A DNA stretch of 64,000 nucleotides from Chloroflexota bacterium (GCA_012514645.1 JAAYZW010000107.1:4599-68598), one strand, 5' to 3'; shown: positions 18,987-29,752, counted from the first letter of the stretch. Notes: generated by a model not told the origin, from the sequence alone. Program-made: numbers and translations.

Positions 18987-21622
18987 CTTGGATCTTTCAC
19001 TTCGTAGATTTCCACATTGGTTGAATTTAACAATTTATACATGTGATCTTCGAACTTTGTCTCGTCAAGCTGATAAGTTTGCCGCTCGAGCTCGCTGACC
19101 ACAATATAACGAATATTATACAGGTCAATGATCGCCTGCGCCTGGTTCCAGTCCGAGGTGCTGTAGAGTATTCGCAGATCCGTCTGCCGGTTGCCAATTT
19201 CGTCATAACCTCCGCGCCATTGAGCTTCGTGCCCAACCCAGCCCAACACAGTGGGCATGCCTGAAAAGGTCGAAACAATATTGTAGGTCGTATAGCTGCC
19301 TCCGGTGTCGGCGACTGCCTCAGCCATCACGCCTGTTTCAGCCTCGGCAAGCCAGGCTGCGGCTCGCATTTCGTCTGCGTTATACGTGTAAAAATCTTGT
19401 TTACCATCCAAACTATAGCCATCACGCGGTTGAAAACTTTCAGTTTTATTCCATATTTCGATAATTGGGAAAACCAATCCGGCCGACAGCGAAGCCAGGC
19501 TGAGAATTGCCAGTGCGAGTTTGGCGTTTTTTCGTACGATCGCGGTTCCCAGCCAAGCTAAAAACAACACTGGTATCGCCAGGACCAGAAAATCAAGCCA
19601 ATTGCTGCCAAATTCAGGTTGGAGTGTTTCGGTTTGCTGAACAATCGAAAAGGAGAATACTATCAATCCGATCAGGATGATGATGGTCGCGAATGGGCGG
19701 ATTTTACCTGGGTCAGCGTCAATCAGGAATTTCGCGATGAAGTAAGCGCCGGCGAGCGACCACAAAATCCAGGCTTGAAAATAAAACTTGAAGATTGTAT
19801 TCATCCGCGTGCCAAATTGGTCACGTAAGTAAACAAATTCCGGTACGATCACGAGCAGTGCGCCCAACAACACCAGCATAAGCACAAAAGCCTTGGTCTC
19901 CAACTTAAATCCAGTGATTAGCTCAGGGCTCTCGTCGATCGGCTGAGCGTTTTCTATCCGTACTTTTCTGATAAAGTAGTCAGAAGCCAGCAAAACCATA
20001 ACGAACATGGTGATAAAGGTTCCCGGGGATTTTAAGCGCTCAAGCATGGAGCGGAGCAGCAGATCAGTGTTATCAAGCGCACCTTGAAGATTGTTCAGTA
20101 ATCCGCTCAGATTTCCGATCCTGCCGGCTATCCAGCCCAGCCCCCACCCTGCCAAAAACAACAGCGCGACCAACGCGGCAGTTAACAACCACGAATACAG
20201 CGACGGCAGCCGTCGGGATTTTATCTGTTGATAAATAAGCCATGCCATTATTGGCACAAGTAATGGTCCAAACATGATCCAAAAATAGCTTCCGCGCGTA
20301 AAGAACGCCAGGCTTGGCAGCAAACCACCAGCCTGCGATGAGAAACTGAGATAGAACGGCAGATAAGCGAGGATGCTCAATATCCCGCCAATTAGGCTAT
20401 ACGAAATAACCTGGAAAACTCGCTTCTTGTTCCAGCCTTCCATGCTGGACTGTCTCCAAACCAAAGCAGCCACGATCAAAAGCAAATAAAAAGGAAAGTC
20501 CCAGGTATTGAGAAATGCAATCCCACCCAGGGTGACCACCGCCAACAAGGCGCTTTTCCAGTCAATCGCGATGTTCCACCGAAAGAAGCGCATGCTCCCT
20601 TCCCAGCCTCCTCTTAAGGCGTTCAACGCCAGGGAGATTGCCAGCAAAACAAATGGCATCCCCAGCAGGTGTGGGTGTATATCTGCCAATAAATAAGTGA
20701 AAAAAGGAAATTCATCGATAATTTCAATCGCAGAGCCGTTCAAACGAAAATCCTGAACCACCCGGCTGGCTTGCCACCATGACCAGCCTCCCCGGTTTGG
20801 GAACCACGAAACCCGGATGGGTTCGCTTGTCAACGATGGAATCTGCAGGTTTTGCCAGGTCTCAGACGGCAGCAACCCCCGCGCATGCAAAACGTCCAGC
20901 AGACCAAACCAGTTCGACACAATCAGGATTAGCAGTGGTGCCAGCAATGCCAGGCTATATACCCGACCGCCGACTGGTTCTTGCGTGTCTTGATTTGTTT
21001 TTTCCTTTGCCAGCAAGTCCCAGGTCAACCCATAAGCGCCCAACGCCGTCAAGCCAAACCACGATGCAGATACCAGGTTATAGCCAACCGAGGATGCCAC
21101 ACCGCTCACCCTGATAAGCAAAGCCGAAATCAGATAGCCAAAGTAATAATAGGAAATCGAATAGCCAGAGAGCCAGGGGTCGTTTGGCGGCATGGTCGGC
21201 GATTTAAGGATCGCATTGATAAACGCCATTTCCATGAACTTTTCAGTATGAATAATATCGGGATTCGCAGCCCGGACTATTGCCCAGAAGGCGAAAGCGA
21301 TCACAAAGACCAATTCTGTCACGATGATCAGTTTGCGGTTGCTTTCAAACCACTGCCGCAACTGCGAGAAGCCGATCTTCCAGGCAACAAACAAGTTAAA
21401 AGCCAATAAGATTAGCAGAATCGACAGCGCGCCAGAAAGATCGTTGCTCAGCAGCCCCAGCGTGGTCAGCCACCAGTAAACAAATCCCCACAAGAGCAGC
21501 CCAACCACCTTGGTAAGGTAAACGCCCCTGGAACGCAATTTCCGGAAAAGCAGCCAGGTGATCGGCAGATGGATCAGTCCCAAGACCTCAAGCAATAAAA
21601 ACCATTTTAAAAAGTCGATCAT
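18983..21622 (-). CDS. DUF2298 / 'Chlor_Arch_YYY' domain membrane protein
   Basis: HTEKFMEMAFINAILKSPTMPPNDPWLSGYSISYYYFGY carries the YYYxG hallmark. The protein is highly hydrophobic throughout. I prefer the ATG at 21622 (MIDFLKW), 1 nt after the upstream TAA, which gives 879 aa. Confidence 0.7.
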   Translation of the reverse strand: MIDFLKWFLLLEVLGLIHLPITWLLFRKLRSRGVYLTKVVGLLLWGFVYWWLTTLGLLSNDLSGALSILLILLAFNLFVAWKIGFSQLRQWFESNRKLIIVTELVFVIAFAFWAIVRAANPDIIHTEKFMEMAFINAILKSPTMPPNDPWLSGYSISYYYFGYLISALLIRVSGVASSVGYNLVSASWFGLTALGAYGLTWDLLAKEKTNQDTQEPVGGRVYSLALLAPLLILIVSNWFGLLDVLHARGLLPSETWQNLQIPSLTSEPIRVSWFPNRGGWSWWQASRVVQDFRLNGSAIEIIDEFPFFTYLLADIHPHLLGMPFVLLAISLALNALRGGWEGSMRFFRWNIAIDWKSALLAVVTLGGIAFLNTWDFPFYLLLIVAALVWRQSSMEGWNKKRVFQVISYSLIGGILSILAYLPFYLSFSSQAGGLLPSLAFFTRGSYFWIMFGPLLVPIMAWLIYQQIKSRRLPSLYSWLLTAALVALLFLAGWGLGWIAGRIGNLSGLLNNLQGALDNTDLLLRSMLERLKSPGTFITMFVMVLLASDYFIRKVRIENAQPIDESPELITGFKLETKAFVLMLVLLGALLVIVPEFVYLRDQFGTRMNTIFKFYFQAWILWSLAGAYFIAKFLIDADPGKIRPFATIIILIGLIVFSFSIVQQTETLQPEFGSNWLDFLVLAIPVLFLAWLGTAIVRKNAKLALAILSLASLSAGLVFPIIEIWNKTESFQPRDGYSLDGKQDFYTYNADEMRAAAWLAEAETGVMAEAVADTGGSYTTYNIVSTFSGMPTVLGWVGHEAQWRGGYDEIGNRQTDLRILYSTSDWNQAQAIIDLYNIRYIVVSELERQTYQLDETKFEDHMYKLLNSTNVEIYEVKDPR

Positions 21623-21623
21623 A

Positions 21624-24600
21624 TTATCTGACCTTGTATATGTTGGTCTCATCCTGGCTGTAGACCAGGTCCCACAGCTGACCGTCATAAGTTTCAAACT
21701 TCGCCAACGCTTCAGGCGGATAAAAAGCCATTTCTTGCTGACCCACAATTACATAACCGACCCGGTATTTCTGCAGGTACTCCTCAATAAACTCAGGTTC
21801 CATGCTCATGTAAAACGCGTTGACTTCATCAACCCGTTCCTGGACGGCGTTGTTGCGTAAAATCGCCCGCTGTTGACGCTGGTGGTAATTCCACCCCACC
21901 ACCGCTGGCAGACCGGTGTAGACAGTGTATCGGTTGCCCCAATAATACTCGTATGCCTGCGCTTCGAGGATTACCGGCGAGCCTTCCACATTCTCCTGCA
22001 TCCACTGGATTGCACGATAATCCTGCCCCAGATCCATGGTCACGCCGTTGACGAAATACTCGGAGGTCTCCATGTATTTCATCCCATCCAACGTATGCGC
22101 TGCTGCCGGGTCCATGCGGTCGGTGATTTTGTCTTTGGTTGCCAAAGCCGGGAAAAGCAGCGCTGAAAAAAGTAACACAACAAAAAAGACCTGAAACACA
22201 ATTTGCCAGCGCGTACGCCACTTGGGAAGATCACGCCACAAAATAACCAGCACCAGTCCCAGCGGCAAGGTCAACAACATCCAGGCTTGGTGATAGAGCT
22301 TAAAAACCACATTCATGCGCCCAATATCACCGACCAGGTAGACCAATTCGACCACCAGCGTAAGCACCAGCCCGGTGCCGATCATAAAATAAGCCAGCCT
22401 TCGGGCATCGTCATCGCTAATCACCATCAGGAACAGAGCCAGAACCCCCAAGGGTAATGCCACCAGGGCTATGGTCACCTTGAGTAGCAGCAAGATCAAA
22501 AAGGCTACAACGATCAATCCTGCCAAGGCGATGAGCCATTTCCGGTGTTTTTCATAAACCTTCAGCTGAGACAAGCGGGTGGATGCCATCCAGCGGTAGG
22601 TCTCCCAAAGCAGCCAACTGGTAATCAGGAACAAAATCAGACCCCAATGCAGGAAGTAAGCTGCGAGCGGTGTTCTCGGTCCATTCCAGAATCCAACCGA
22701 GCCATAACCGGAGAAAAAATTGCTATTAAACTGGTGATAGAAAACACGACTAAGCAGCAGCACCGCCACCACCCCAGCAAGTGGATAAATCCACCGACGT
22801 GTCCATTCAGGCAAAAAGCGCCAGCGCGCTCCAGGTAAATAGCGCCAACCAATATAGATTATGACGACCATTGCCAATGCGGTGAAGGTCAGGTAATCCC
22901 AGGTGTTGGTCGGTTGCAAAGCACCCAAAACGACCGCCCCAATCACAAGGATTGGAAGAAAGCCATCCAAAATTCGGAGTGTCAGTTTTCCGTCTTTTTT
23001 CCTTAACATAACCAGTGAAAGACACCAGCTGACCGCCGCCATGACGATAGGCATGGCGATCAGGTGGGCATGAAAATCGGCATAGAGGAAGGTAAAGAAT
23101 GGGAATTCCGTGATTGGTTCTCCAGGGATCATCCGGCTGGGGTTCCAATACCAGTTTCCTGAAGCGATTGGCAGGCGTTCGCCCTGGGCAGTCATGGCAA
23201 TGCCCCTGACCCACCAAACCAGTTTTTGGCTCAGGGTGGCACCTTCTGTGCTGACTCCTGCAGCCCCGAGCGCTGCTAAACCGTCTGCAATAACCTTGAT
23301 TTCACCTAAATTGCCGACAAAAGCAAGCAGCAAAGCACTGCCAACACCTGCCCAAAAAGCCGTCCCAAACAATTTTTCGTCTTCGTTTTTACCAACCGCT
23401 TTTGCCAGGTTCCAGCCGATGCTGAAGGCACCAATCACCAACATGGCATACCAGAGCGAGATAAGGATGTTATACGAAACTGCCGGCACCACACCGAGCA
23501 GTTTTATCGGCAAAGCGACCAGAACCTGCCCGTAATAGTAATAATTAATATATCCGCCGGCATACCAAGGGTCATATGCTGGAAAAACGCTGCTCTTGAT
23601 CACAGCATTGAGAAAGCTGAAATCCATCGGCTTTTCGCCGCCACGCCAGGGGTGCCATAAGTCCGGGTTTTGGTAGCGAATCCATAGGAAAAAGGCAAAC
23701 GCTACCAAAAATACTGCTTCTTCGACAAGGAACTGTTTCCATAATCGTTTGACATCTTCGCTCAAGCCTTTTCTGGTAAGCCAGGTGATCAACACCGATA
23801 AAATCAAAATGCCTGCCAAAACGATCCAAAGCAGGGTTCTGGTTACTGGCACTTTAATTGAGCCAAGGTTGAAGGTAACCAGCGCAAACAGCAGTAGTCC
23901 GATGATGCGGGCAAAGGCATATCCCTTATCTTTCAAGCCGGGCAGTGCCAGCCGAACGATCGGGAATACAGCAAGCCCCAACAGCCAAAATAGCAGGTAA
24001 AAAGCCAGCACCGCCAGCCAGGTTTGCCGGTTCAATAACGAGTCGCGGTCAAACAGCTCTGACCACGTGCCGCCTTCCTGCTGTATCTGCAATTCTTCTT
24101 CAGTAAGCATCAGGTTGTTTTCCGCTGCCCCTGCCACATACGAGTCGGCTTGCCTGGGAGTCAGGAAAACCGCGCTGTCTATGTCGACTGAATTCAACAA
24201 AGCCCAAACTGCTTCACTATCGAACGACTCGTTCTTGCGGAAGATCAGCACTTTCGGGTGATCGTAGACCGAAAAAGCCTCTTCAGCATATTGATCGTTA
24301 AATTCGATGCTGCCAAGCGTTGGGTATGAGGTAAACGTTTTGACCAGATCAAAACCGAGCGTTCCAGATTGTCCGGATTCGGCTTCGTAGTAGCAAACCA
24401 GGGTGTCCTGTTCTTCCGGGCAACCCAGCAACTGGCGGTAGAAAAAGGTGCTCAGCGGATAGCGCTCTGGCACGCGGGGGATGGTGCCAAACTGTCTGTT
24501 CGAGCTCATGATAATAGTGTCAGCCTGGGTCAAGACTGAGTAAAACCGCTGCAGCTTGCTGGCATCATCGGGCCAATACATTTCGAAATTCAGGTCACCT

Positions 24601-26861
24601 CGGTAAATACCTGCATTATCCTGGTAGGCTGTGAAACCCGGGCGAGACAGCGGCAGTCCATCATCCCAACTGCTTTCCAGTGCGATTCCTGGCGTATTGA
24701 CCATTATCTGACCCTCGCCCTCTGCCAGTTCTATGATCAAATCGAGTTCAATCGGCTGGTCGATTGTCGGCGGTTCCTGCAGCTGGAAAACGACCTTTTC
24801 TCCCTTCGCTCCATCACCAAGAAAATCGCCTTCAGCCACCGCAGTTCGGGCTATCGTGCCTTCTGCCGTATCGGCAAGCAGAGTCAGTTTTAACTGTTTT
24901 GTTTCCTGTTGTTGATCCATATCCAGCACCGATGGCAGTTCCACCCGCTTGATCGTGCCGATAGAATGGACATGAACTGTCATCTCGTACGCATGCCTTG
25001 GGAAGATGGTTTCATTGATCTTCGGCAAAACATCCTGTCGGACCAAACCATCATCGTAATAAAAAGTGAAGACAGGCACGCCGCTGAGAAAGGCTTGCGA
25101 ATCGTCAGTTAACAGTGTCAGTTCAAATTGGTAAAAATCCCCATCGAGCAAATAAATGGCTGGGTTAAATTGGAAGTCCAAAACCGTTTGCACATTTCCT
25201 TCAGCGTTCTGGGGGTTTTGCCCAACCAACGATTCTTCGGTCAGATCCTGACCACTGCTGACATCAATAACCCTCAGTTGATATTGCACATTCGCGGGGT
25301 CATCGGAGACCGATTGAACCACAGGATAGCTAAGGTCAGTCAAAAAGCCATCCGCCTTGGCTTCGTAAAGCAGCGTCAGCTTCTCTCCGCTGCTCAAGGT
25401 GTTCACCGCCCGATATTGCACCGGGAAATTCAGCTCTTCTCCAACTGTCTCAATTACCAGATTGATTGGACCTTCCAGGTTTTCGTAGATCCAGTCAGTC
25501 GCCTGCACCCGAGTCACCGGACGCGTGTAAATTCGGCTAAACGCGAACGCCCAAACCGCCGTACACGTCAGCACCAAAACCGTAAGAACAACTCCAATTG
25601 TCCGGAACGTTTTGCTGGATATTGTAAATTTTCGAATTGTAGAACCAGTTTTAGCGCTAAGCAACCAATCCAGCCCCCAGGCAGCGAAAATCGCCATGAA
25701 CGGATAGAGCAATAACAGGTAACGCATGGAAGACACCCACGCCAGCCCCTGCCAGGCAAAGTAAACCAGGCTCCAGGTCCATAGCGGAAGATGCAGATAA
25801 GCTTTGCGTTTAAAAATTTTGATTGCCATTCCAAACCACGAAAGCACTGCCATGATCCCCCAGGGCAGCCCTACCCCCCAGAATAGCATGTTATAAAGCG
25901 AAAATGTTGCCGGCCGCCTGGTCCATTGCAGTGCCGGCGGGAAATCGACCTCACCGGTGGCTTGCGCTTGCAGAGACTTAAGCCCATTCCACCAATCCTG
26001 GTTGATCCCCATGTTCAAGAAACCAGGACCGGCAAAGGCATAAGGTTGAAGTAGACGAAAAGTGAGAATGCTGACAACAGCTGCAGCAATTACCAAAACA
26101 ATTACTTTTATGAAGTCATAGCGCTCTTCGTGATCCTTACGACCCAGATAACGCACCAATTCTACCAGCGGCAGCAACAGCGCCAGGGAGACAGCGTTGA
26201 TCTTGGATGCTGTCGCCATCCCCAACCCCAGCCCAAACAGGAGGTAGCGCCACCCGTATCTCCAACCCTGTTCGAGCCAGCCGCCTTCGTCTGTGTCGTT
26301 ATAAGGGCTTTTCAGAATCAGCACCGCAGCCAAAACTGTCAGCATCCCAAACGTGTTTGTAAAGGTATCCACGGTCAAAAAATGCGCCTGCTGAATTGGC
26401 AAAACCGCGAAAGCGTAAAGCGCTGCTGCGATCAGCCCTGCGCGCTCATTGTAAAGCTTGTAGGCGATCAGGAATACAAGAATGATCGTCAGAAAATCAG
26501 CAGAAGCCGAAAGCTGCCTGCCAACAATAGTAATTGGGTCATATCCAATCTGACCGACCCATTCTCCAACATAGCGAATGATAAAAAGCGGAAAAGTGCC
26601 GTAAACAAAAAAGGTAAAGCCATGGTTGTTTGGGTTTAGCGCAGAAGTTTGCGTGTCGAAGTATTCGCCCAGGCTGCCAACCGGCTGCATACTGTTGAGC
26701 ACCATCGAAAGGAAACGCTCATCAGGATGTAAATGAAAGCCTTCATCCCAAGCGAGGTTCAAATAACGCAGGTATCCTCCTGCGACCAAAACCACTGCCA
26801 GCAAAAAGACTGTGACCAAGGCACGGATTATGGAATGGTTTCGCTCGTTGACCGTTTGCAT
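21624..26861 (-). CDS. Giant fusion membrane protein: N-terminal GT-C-like module, ~500-aa extracytoplasmic region and C-terminal DUF2298/YYY module
   Basis: 1745 aa. The N-terminus has HLHPDERF and NNHGFTFFVYG within multiple TM helices. Residues ~455-950 are hydrophilic. The C-terminal half has EKPMDFSFLNAVIKSSVFPAYDPWYAGGYINYYYYG, which aligns with the neighbouring YYY protein. Confidence 0.7.
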   Translation of the reverse strand: MQTVNERNHSIIRALVTVFLLAVVLVAGGYLRYLNLAWDEGFHLHPDERFLSMVLNSMQPVGSLGEYFDTQTSALNPNNHGFTFFVYGTFPLFIIRYVGEWVGQIGYDPITIVGRQLSASADFLTIILVFLIAYKLYNERAGLIAAALYAFAVLPIQQAHFLTVDTFTNTFGMLTVLAAVLILKSPYNDTDEGGWLEQGWRYGWRYLLFGLGLGMATASKINAVSLALLLPLVELVRYLGRKDHEERYDFIKVIVLVIAAAVVSILTFRLLQPYAFAGPGFLNMGINQDWWNGLKSLQAQATGEVDFPPALQWTRRPATFSLYNMLFWGVGLPWGIMAVLSWFGMAIKIFKRKAYLHLPLWTWSLVYFAWQGLAWVSSMRYLLLLYPFMAIFAAWGLDWLLSAKTGSTIRKFTISSKTFRTIGVVLTVLVLTCTAVWAFAFSRIYTRPVTRVQATDWIYENLEGPINLVIETVGEELNFPVQYRAVNTLSSGEKLTLLYEAKADGFLTDLSYPVVQSVSDDPANVQYQLRVIDVSSGQDLTEESLVGQNPQNAEGNVQTVLDFQFNPAIYLLDGDFYQFELTLLTDDSQAFLSGVPVFTFYYDDGLVRQDVLPKINETIFPRHAYEMTVHVHSIGTIKRVELPSVLDMDQQQETKQLKLTLLADTAEGTIARTAVAEGDFLGDGAKGEKVVFQLQEPPTIDQPIELDLIIELAEGEGQIMVNTPGIALESSWDDGLPLSRPGFTAYQDNAGIYRGDLNFEMYWPDDASKLQRFYSVLTQADTIIMSSNRQFGTIPRVPERYPLSTFFYRQLLGCPEEQDTLVCYYEAESGQSGTLGFDLVKTFTSYPTLGSIEFNDQYAEEAFSVYDHPKVLIFRKNESFDSEAVWALLNSVDIDSAVFLTPRQADSYVAGAAENNLMLTEEELQIQQEGGTWSELFDRDSLLNRQTWLAVLAFYLLFWLLGLAVFPIVRLALPGLKDKGYAFARIIGLLLFALVTFNLGSIKVPVTRTLLWIVLAGILILSVLITWLTRKGLSEDVKRLWKQFLVEEAVFLVAFAFFLWIRYQNPDLWHPWRGGEKPMDFSFLNAVIKSSVFPAYDPWYAGGYINYYYYGQVLVALPIKLLGVVPAVSYNILISLWYAMLVIGAFSIGWNLAKAVGKNEDEKLFGTAFWAGVGSALLLAFVGNLGEIKVIADGLAALGAAGVSTEGATLSQKLVWWVRGIAMTAQGERLPIASGNWYWNPSRMIPGEPITEFPFFTFLYADFHAHLIAMPIVMAAVSWCLSLVMLRKKDGKLTLRILDGFLPILVIGAVVLGALQPTNTWDYLTFTALAMVVIIYIGWRYLPGARWRFLPEWTRRWIYPLAGVVAVLLLSRVFYHQFNSNFFSGYGSVGFWNGPRTPLAAYFLHWGLILFLITSWLLWETYRWMASTRLSQLKVYEKHRKWLIALAGLIVVAFLILLLLKVTIALVALPLGVLALFLMVISDDDARRLAYFMIGTGLVLTLVVELVYLVGDIGRMNVVFKLYHQAWMLLTLPLGLVLVILWRDLPKWRTRWQIVFQVFFVVLLFSALLFPALATKDKITDRMDPAAAHTLDGMKYMETSEYFVNGVTMDLGQDYRAIQWMQENVEGSPVILEAQAYEYYWGNRYTVYTGLPAVVGWNYHQRQQRAILRNNAVQERVDEVNAFYMSMEPEFIEEYLQKYRVGYVIVGQQEMAFYPPEALAKFETYDGQLWDLVYSQDETNIYKVR

Positions 26862-26864
26862 AAA

Positions 26865-28919
26865 CTATTGGCTCGCTAAAAAGATCAAAAAGTCTTTGCC
26901 GGGATGTACGCTTTGATAGAGCGAGGTTACTCCGGCTGGATAGAGAGATTGTAACTGACCAAGGCTCTCACTGTCGCTGATGTGCAAAAGAAAGATTTTC
27001 GCGGTCTGAAGTTCGGCTGTGCTCCCCAGATCCTGCGGAAGAATCGAAAAATTGACATGCGGTTCACCCATCGTGATTGCCACCGCCCGGGCATCAACCC
27101 AGTGTGGATATCCGACTATGTAAGCCTGGCTTGTGCCGCCCTGTCCGGTGTCGTAGTTTTGGATCACACTGGACATCTCGCTGCTGTTCCAGGCGGAAGC
27201 CTGGTATTCGCGCGGGTAAGTTGTGTTAATCAGGCTGAAATTTCGGAGGATAATCAGGATCGCAAAAATCCCAATGAATAGTGCCTGTTTGACCCATCGA
27301 TTTTCCGAAACTAAAAGTCGGTCTGCCGCAAAAGCTAAGCCCCTTCCAGCGATCAACATGACTGGAACCACAGAAATGATCGCACGGCTTAGGGAAGGGT
27401 TTTCCATGGGTTGGGCGAGCGATAATACCGAGGGCAGCAAACCAACGAAAAACAAAAGAACCAGTGAAATGCTTTGGTCCGGTTTTGTGCGCATATCGTG
27501 AAAAAGGATAACGCTCAGACCAAATAAAAAGAAGGCGCCAGTGACCCAATCGACCGCCGGTCGGTTTGCAATACCTTCCACCCAACTGCTGTGATTGTTC
27601 CAGTTAACCATTCCGACAGCCGCGATCAAATTACGAAAGAAGGTACTGGCAGCACTGTCAGCATTGGCAACCTGATTGACCAGCGGCGAAATCCAGCTCT
27701 CCGCGTTGGAGGCGATGATAAAAACCAATGGCAGCATTGCCACCAGCCCAACCAATAGACTTATGGCTACGCGCAACATCAAGGCTGTTCCGGGGTTATC
27801 GCGCTTGTTGCGGACCGAATAAGCAATCGTTATCAACAGGTTTGCCAACAACAGAACAAAGAAAATTTTATTGGTCAGCAAGCCCAAACCTGTCAATACC
27901 GAAGCAATCAACAAGGCATTAAGGTCGTTTTCCTGCAGTGATTTCACCAGGTAATAAAAAGCCGGCAGCAAAATCGGCAGCACCATTCCAAACCCCAATA
28001 TAGCCCGCTGCTGTATGATTGACCAGAAAGCAACGCCCAGCAATAAGGCAGTAATATAACCGGTCATTTCATCAAACAATCGCCTACCGAGTTTGAACAT
28101 ATACAAGACCGCCGTCAATCCACCCAGACCATATGCCAGTTTTAATCCAGCAAAGCTCATTGGGCTGCTGGTGAATTGGTTAATTAGAGCCGCCCAGTAA
28201 TAACCAAGTGGCTCACTGACCACATTTCGTGGGAACCAAAGCGCGCTCCCGCCCTGCAGGATCCCATCGACTGTGTAATATGTCTCCACCTGCGCGCTGA
28301 TCATCTCTGGCGGCACTTGCTCCAGCCGACCTAATTGGAAGAGGAGTACGACAATAATTAATGCCAGGTATGCCGCCGTTCTTCCACGGTTGGCAACCAA
28401 ATTTTGCAAGATCACCTTGAAGTCCGGCTTTGATGATTTTTTGGGCTGAAGAAAGGCAGCAACGATTGTGGCAATACTGGATATCCACAACAAACCGGCA
28501 ATGAAACCGACCTGCTCCTGCTGGTAGAGCTGGCTGGCGCCTAACGCCAAAACGAAAGATACGAGCATCCAGCCCAGGCGCACTTTAACTACTCCGACGG
28601 TCTCAGCGCCCAGGGACGATTCTGTCGTCTCGAGAGATGGTGCCCTCTCACGCCAGAAGGCAAAACCAGCCAGCAAGAGACCAACCGCAAGCAGCAAGAC
28701 CCCAACCCCACCAAGCGCTTCACGCACAAATTCGATCAAAAACTGACCGACAAGCAAACTGGCAAGCGCTGACAGCAGCAATTTGTTTGGCCTAGGCTTT
28801 TTTGACACTGCGACAGCCGGGCTAACCGGTTCGTTTTCCGGGGCAGGTTTGCTAAAATAGCCGCGGAGAGCTTCGAGTACTGTTGGGTCGTGCTCCGGAA
28901 CGGGGAAGTTTTTACTCAT
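26865..28919 (-). CDS. Multi-pass membrane protein, GT-C-like (ArnT/PMT_2-like)
   Basis: 684 aa. EPLGYYWAALINQF...FAGLKLAYGLGGLTAVLYMFKLGRRLF follows the pattern of family-39-like glycosyltransferase cores. It has many TM segments and a soluble C-terminal ~130 aa. Confidence 0.5.
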   Translation of the reverse strand: MSKNFPVPEHDPTVLEALRGYFSKPAPENEPVSPAVAVSKKPRPNKLLLSALASLLVGQFLIEFVREALGGVGVLLLAVGLLLAGFAFWRERAPSLETTESSLGAETVGVVKVRLGWMLVSFVLALGASQLYQQEQVGFIAGLLWISSIATIVAAFLQPKKSSKPDFKVILQNLVANRGRTAAYLALIIVVLLFQLGRLEQVPPEMISAQVETYYTVDGILQGGSALWFPRNVVSEPLGYYWAALINQFTSSPMSFAGLKLAYGLGGLTAVLYMFKLGRRLFDEMTGYITALLLGVAFWSIIQQRAILGFGMVLPILLPAFYYLVKSLQENDLNALLIASVLTGLGLLTNKIFFVLLLANLLITIAYSVRNKRDNPGTALMLRVAISLLVGLVAMLPLVFIIASNAESWISPLVNQVANADSAASTFFRNLIAAVGMVNWNNHSSWVEGIANRPAVDWVTGAFFLFGLSVILFHDMRTKPDQSISLVLLFFVGLLPSVLSLAQPMENPSLSRAIISVVPVMLIAGRGLAFAADRLLVSENRWVKQALFIGIFAILIILRNFSLINTTYPREYQASAWNSSEMSSVIQNYDTGQGGTSQAYIVGYPHWVDARAVAITMGEPHVNFSILPQDLGSTAELQTAKIFLLHISDSESLGQLQSLYPAGVTSLYQSVHPGKDFLIFLASQ

Positions 28920-28936
28920 GGAGTAATTTTAGCCGT

Positions 28937-29752
28937 TTATGCCGCCAAAGTCCTCTCGGCGTACAGGTAGCCGAGGTCGGCATGGACCAGGTTATGGTAA
29001 TGCTTGACCGTGTAACCGAGATCCTCAAACTGGCTGGTTAACCGTTCGTGATTACACACGTCATCACAATCATGGTACTCCATGATGATTCGTTGAATTT
29101 TTAAGAAAAGCTGTGGATCCTGGTCCATTAGAATCTGAAACTCGGCACCTTCACAATCGAGCTTCATCAGGTCGATATTGGTGCCAACTTTCTCCTCGAT
29201 CACTTGCTTTAGCGTGATCACCGGGATGGTAGTTTCTTTTGCCGCCTGTAATTCTGCTGAGTTAGCCTCTCCGCTGACTGCCTGCAAGGGTTCGTTGTTC
29301 AGGAAATGCAGCGGAATTTCGCCTGCCTCTTTCCAAACGCCGAGATTATAAGTCTGAACTTTGTCCAGGTTATTGGCACGCAAGTTTTGGCGCAAAATAT
29401 TGATCGACCCTGGATTTGGTTCAAATGCGTGTACGATACCATTTTCCAGGTGCAAAGCCGCTTCGATGGTGAATTCGCCAATCGCCGCGCCAATGTCGAC
29501 AACCACCCAATCGGGCTGCACCTGGGTGCCCAAGCGGGTGTAATATCGGTCGATCAGAGCTTCCTTGACCGACCACGCTTCCATTTTGCTGCCGATGCCG
29601 ATTTTGAGATCGTTTCGTCGTAAATGGAGCCATTTAACCCCCAGAAACGGTTTTCCTAAAAAGATTTCAAAAAGGTCCTTCCAGTTTTTTACGCCATAAA
29701 GCAATTCAAATATCGACCATAAATAATACGCATATTTTCGAATAAATCTCAC
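28937..29752 (-). CDS. FkbM-family methyltransferase
   Basis: VVDIGAAIGEFTIEAA, HAFEPNP and KLDCEGAEFQIL match the FkbM domain signature. Confidence 0.75.
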   Translation of the reverse strand: MRFIRKYAYYLWSIFELLYGVKNWKDLFEIFLGKPFLGVKWLHLRRNDLKIGIGSKMEAWSVKEALIDRYYTRLGTQVQPDWVVVDIGAAIGEFTIEAALHLENGIVHAFEPNPGSINILRQNLRANNLDKVQTYNLGVWKEAGEIPLHFLNNEPLQAVSGEANSAELQAAKETTIPVITLKQVIEEKVGTNIDLMKLDCEGAEFQILMDQDPQLFLKIQRIIMEYHDCDDVCNHERLTSQFEDLGYTVKHYHNLVHADLGYLYAERTLAA

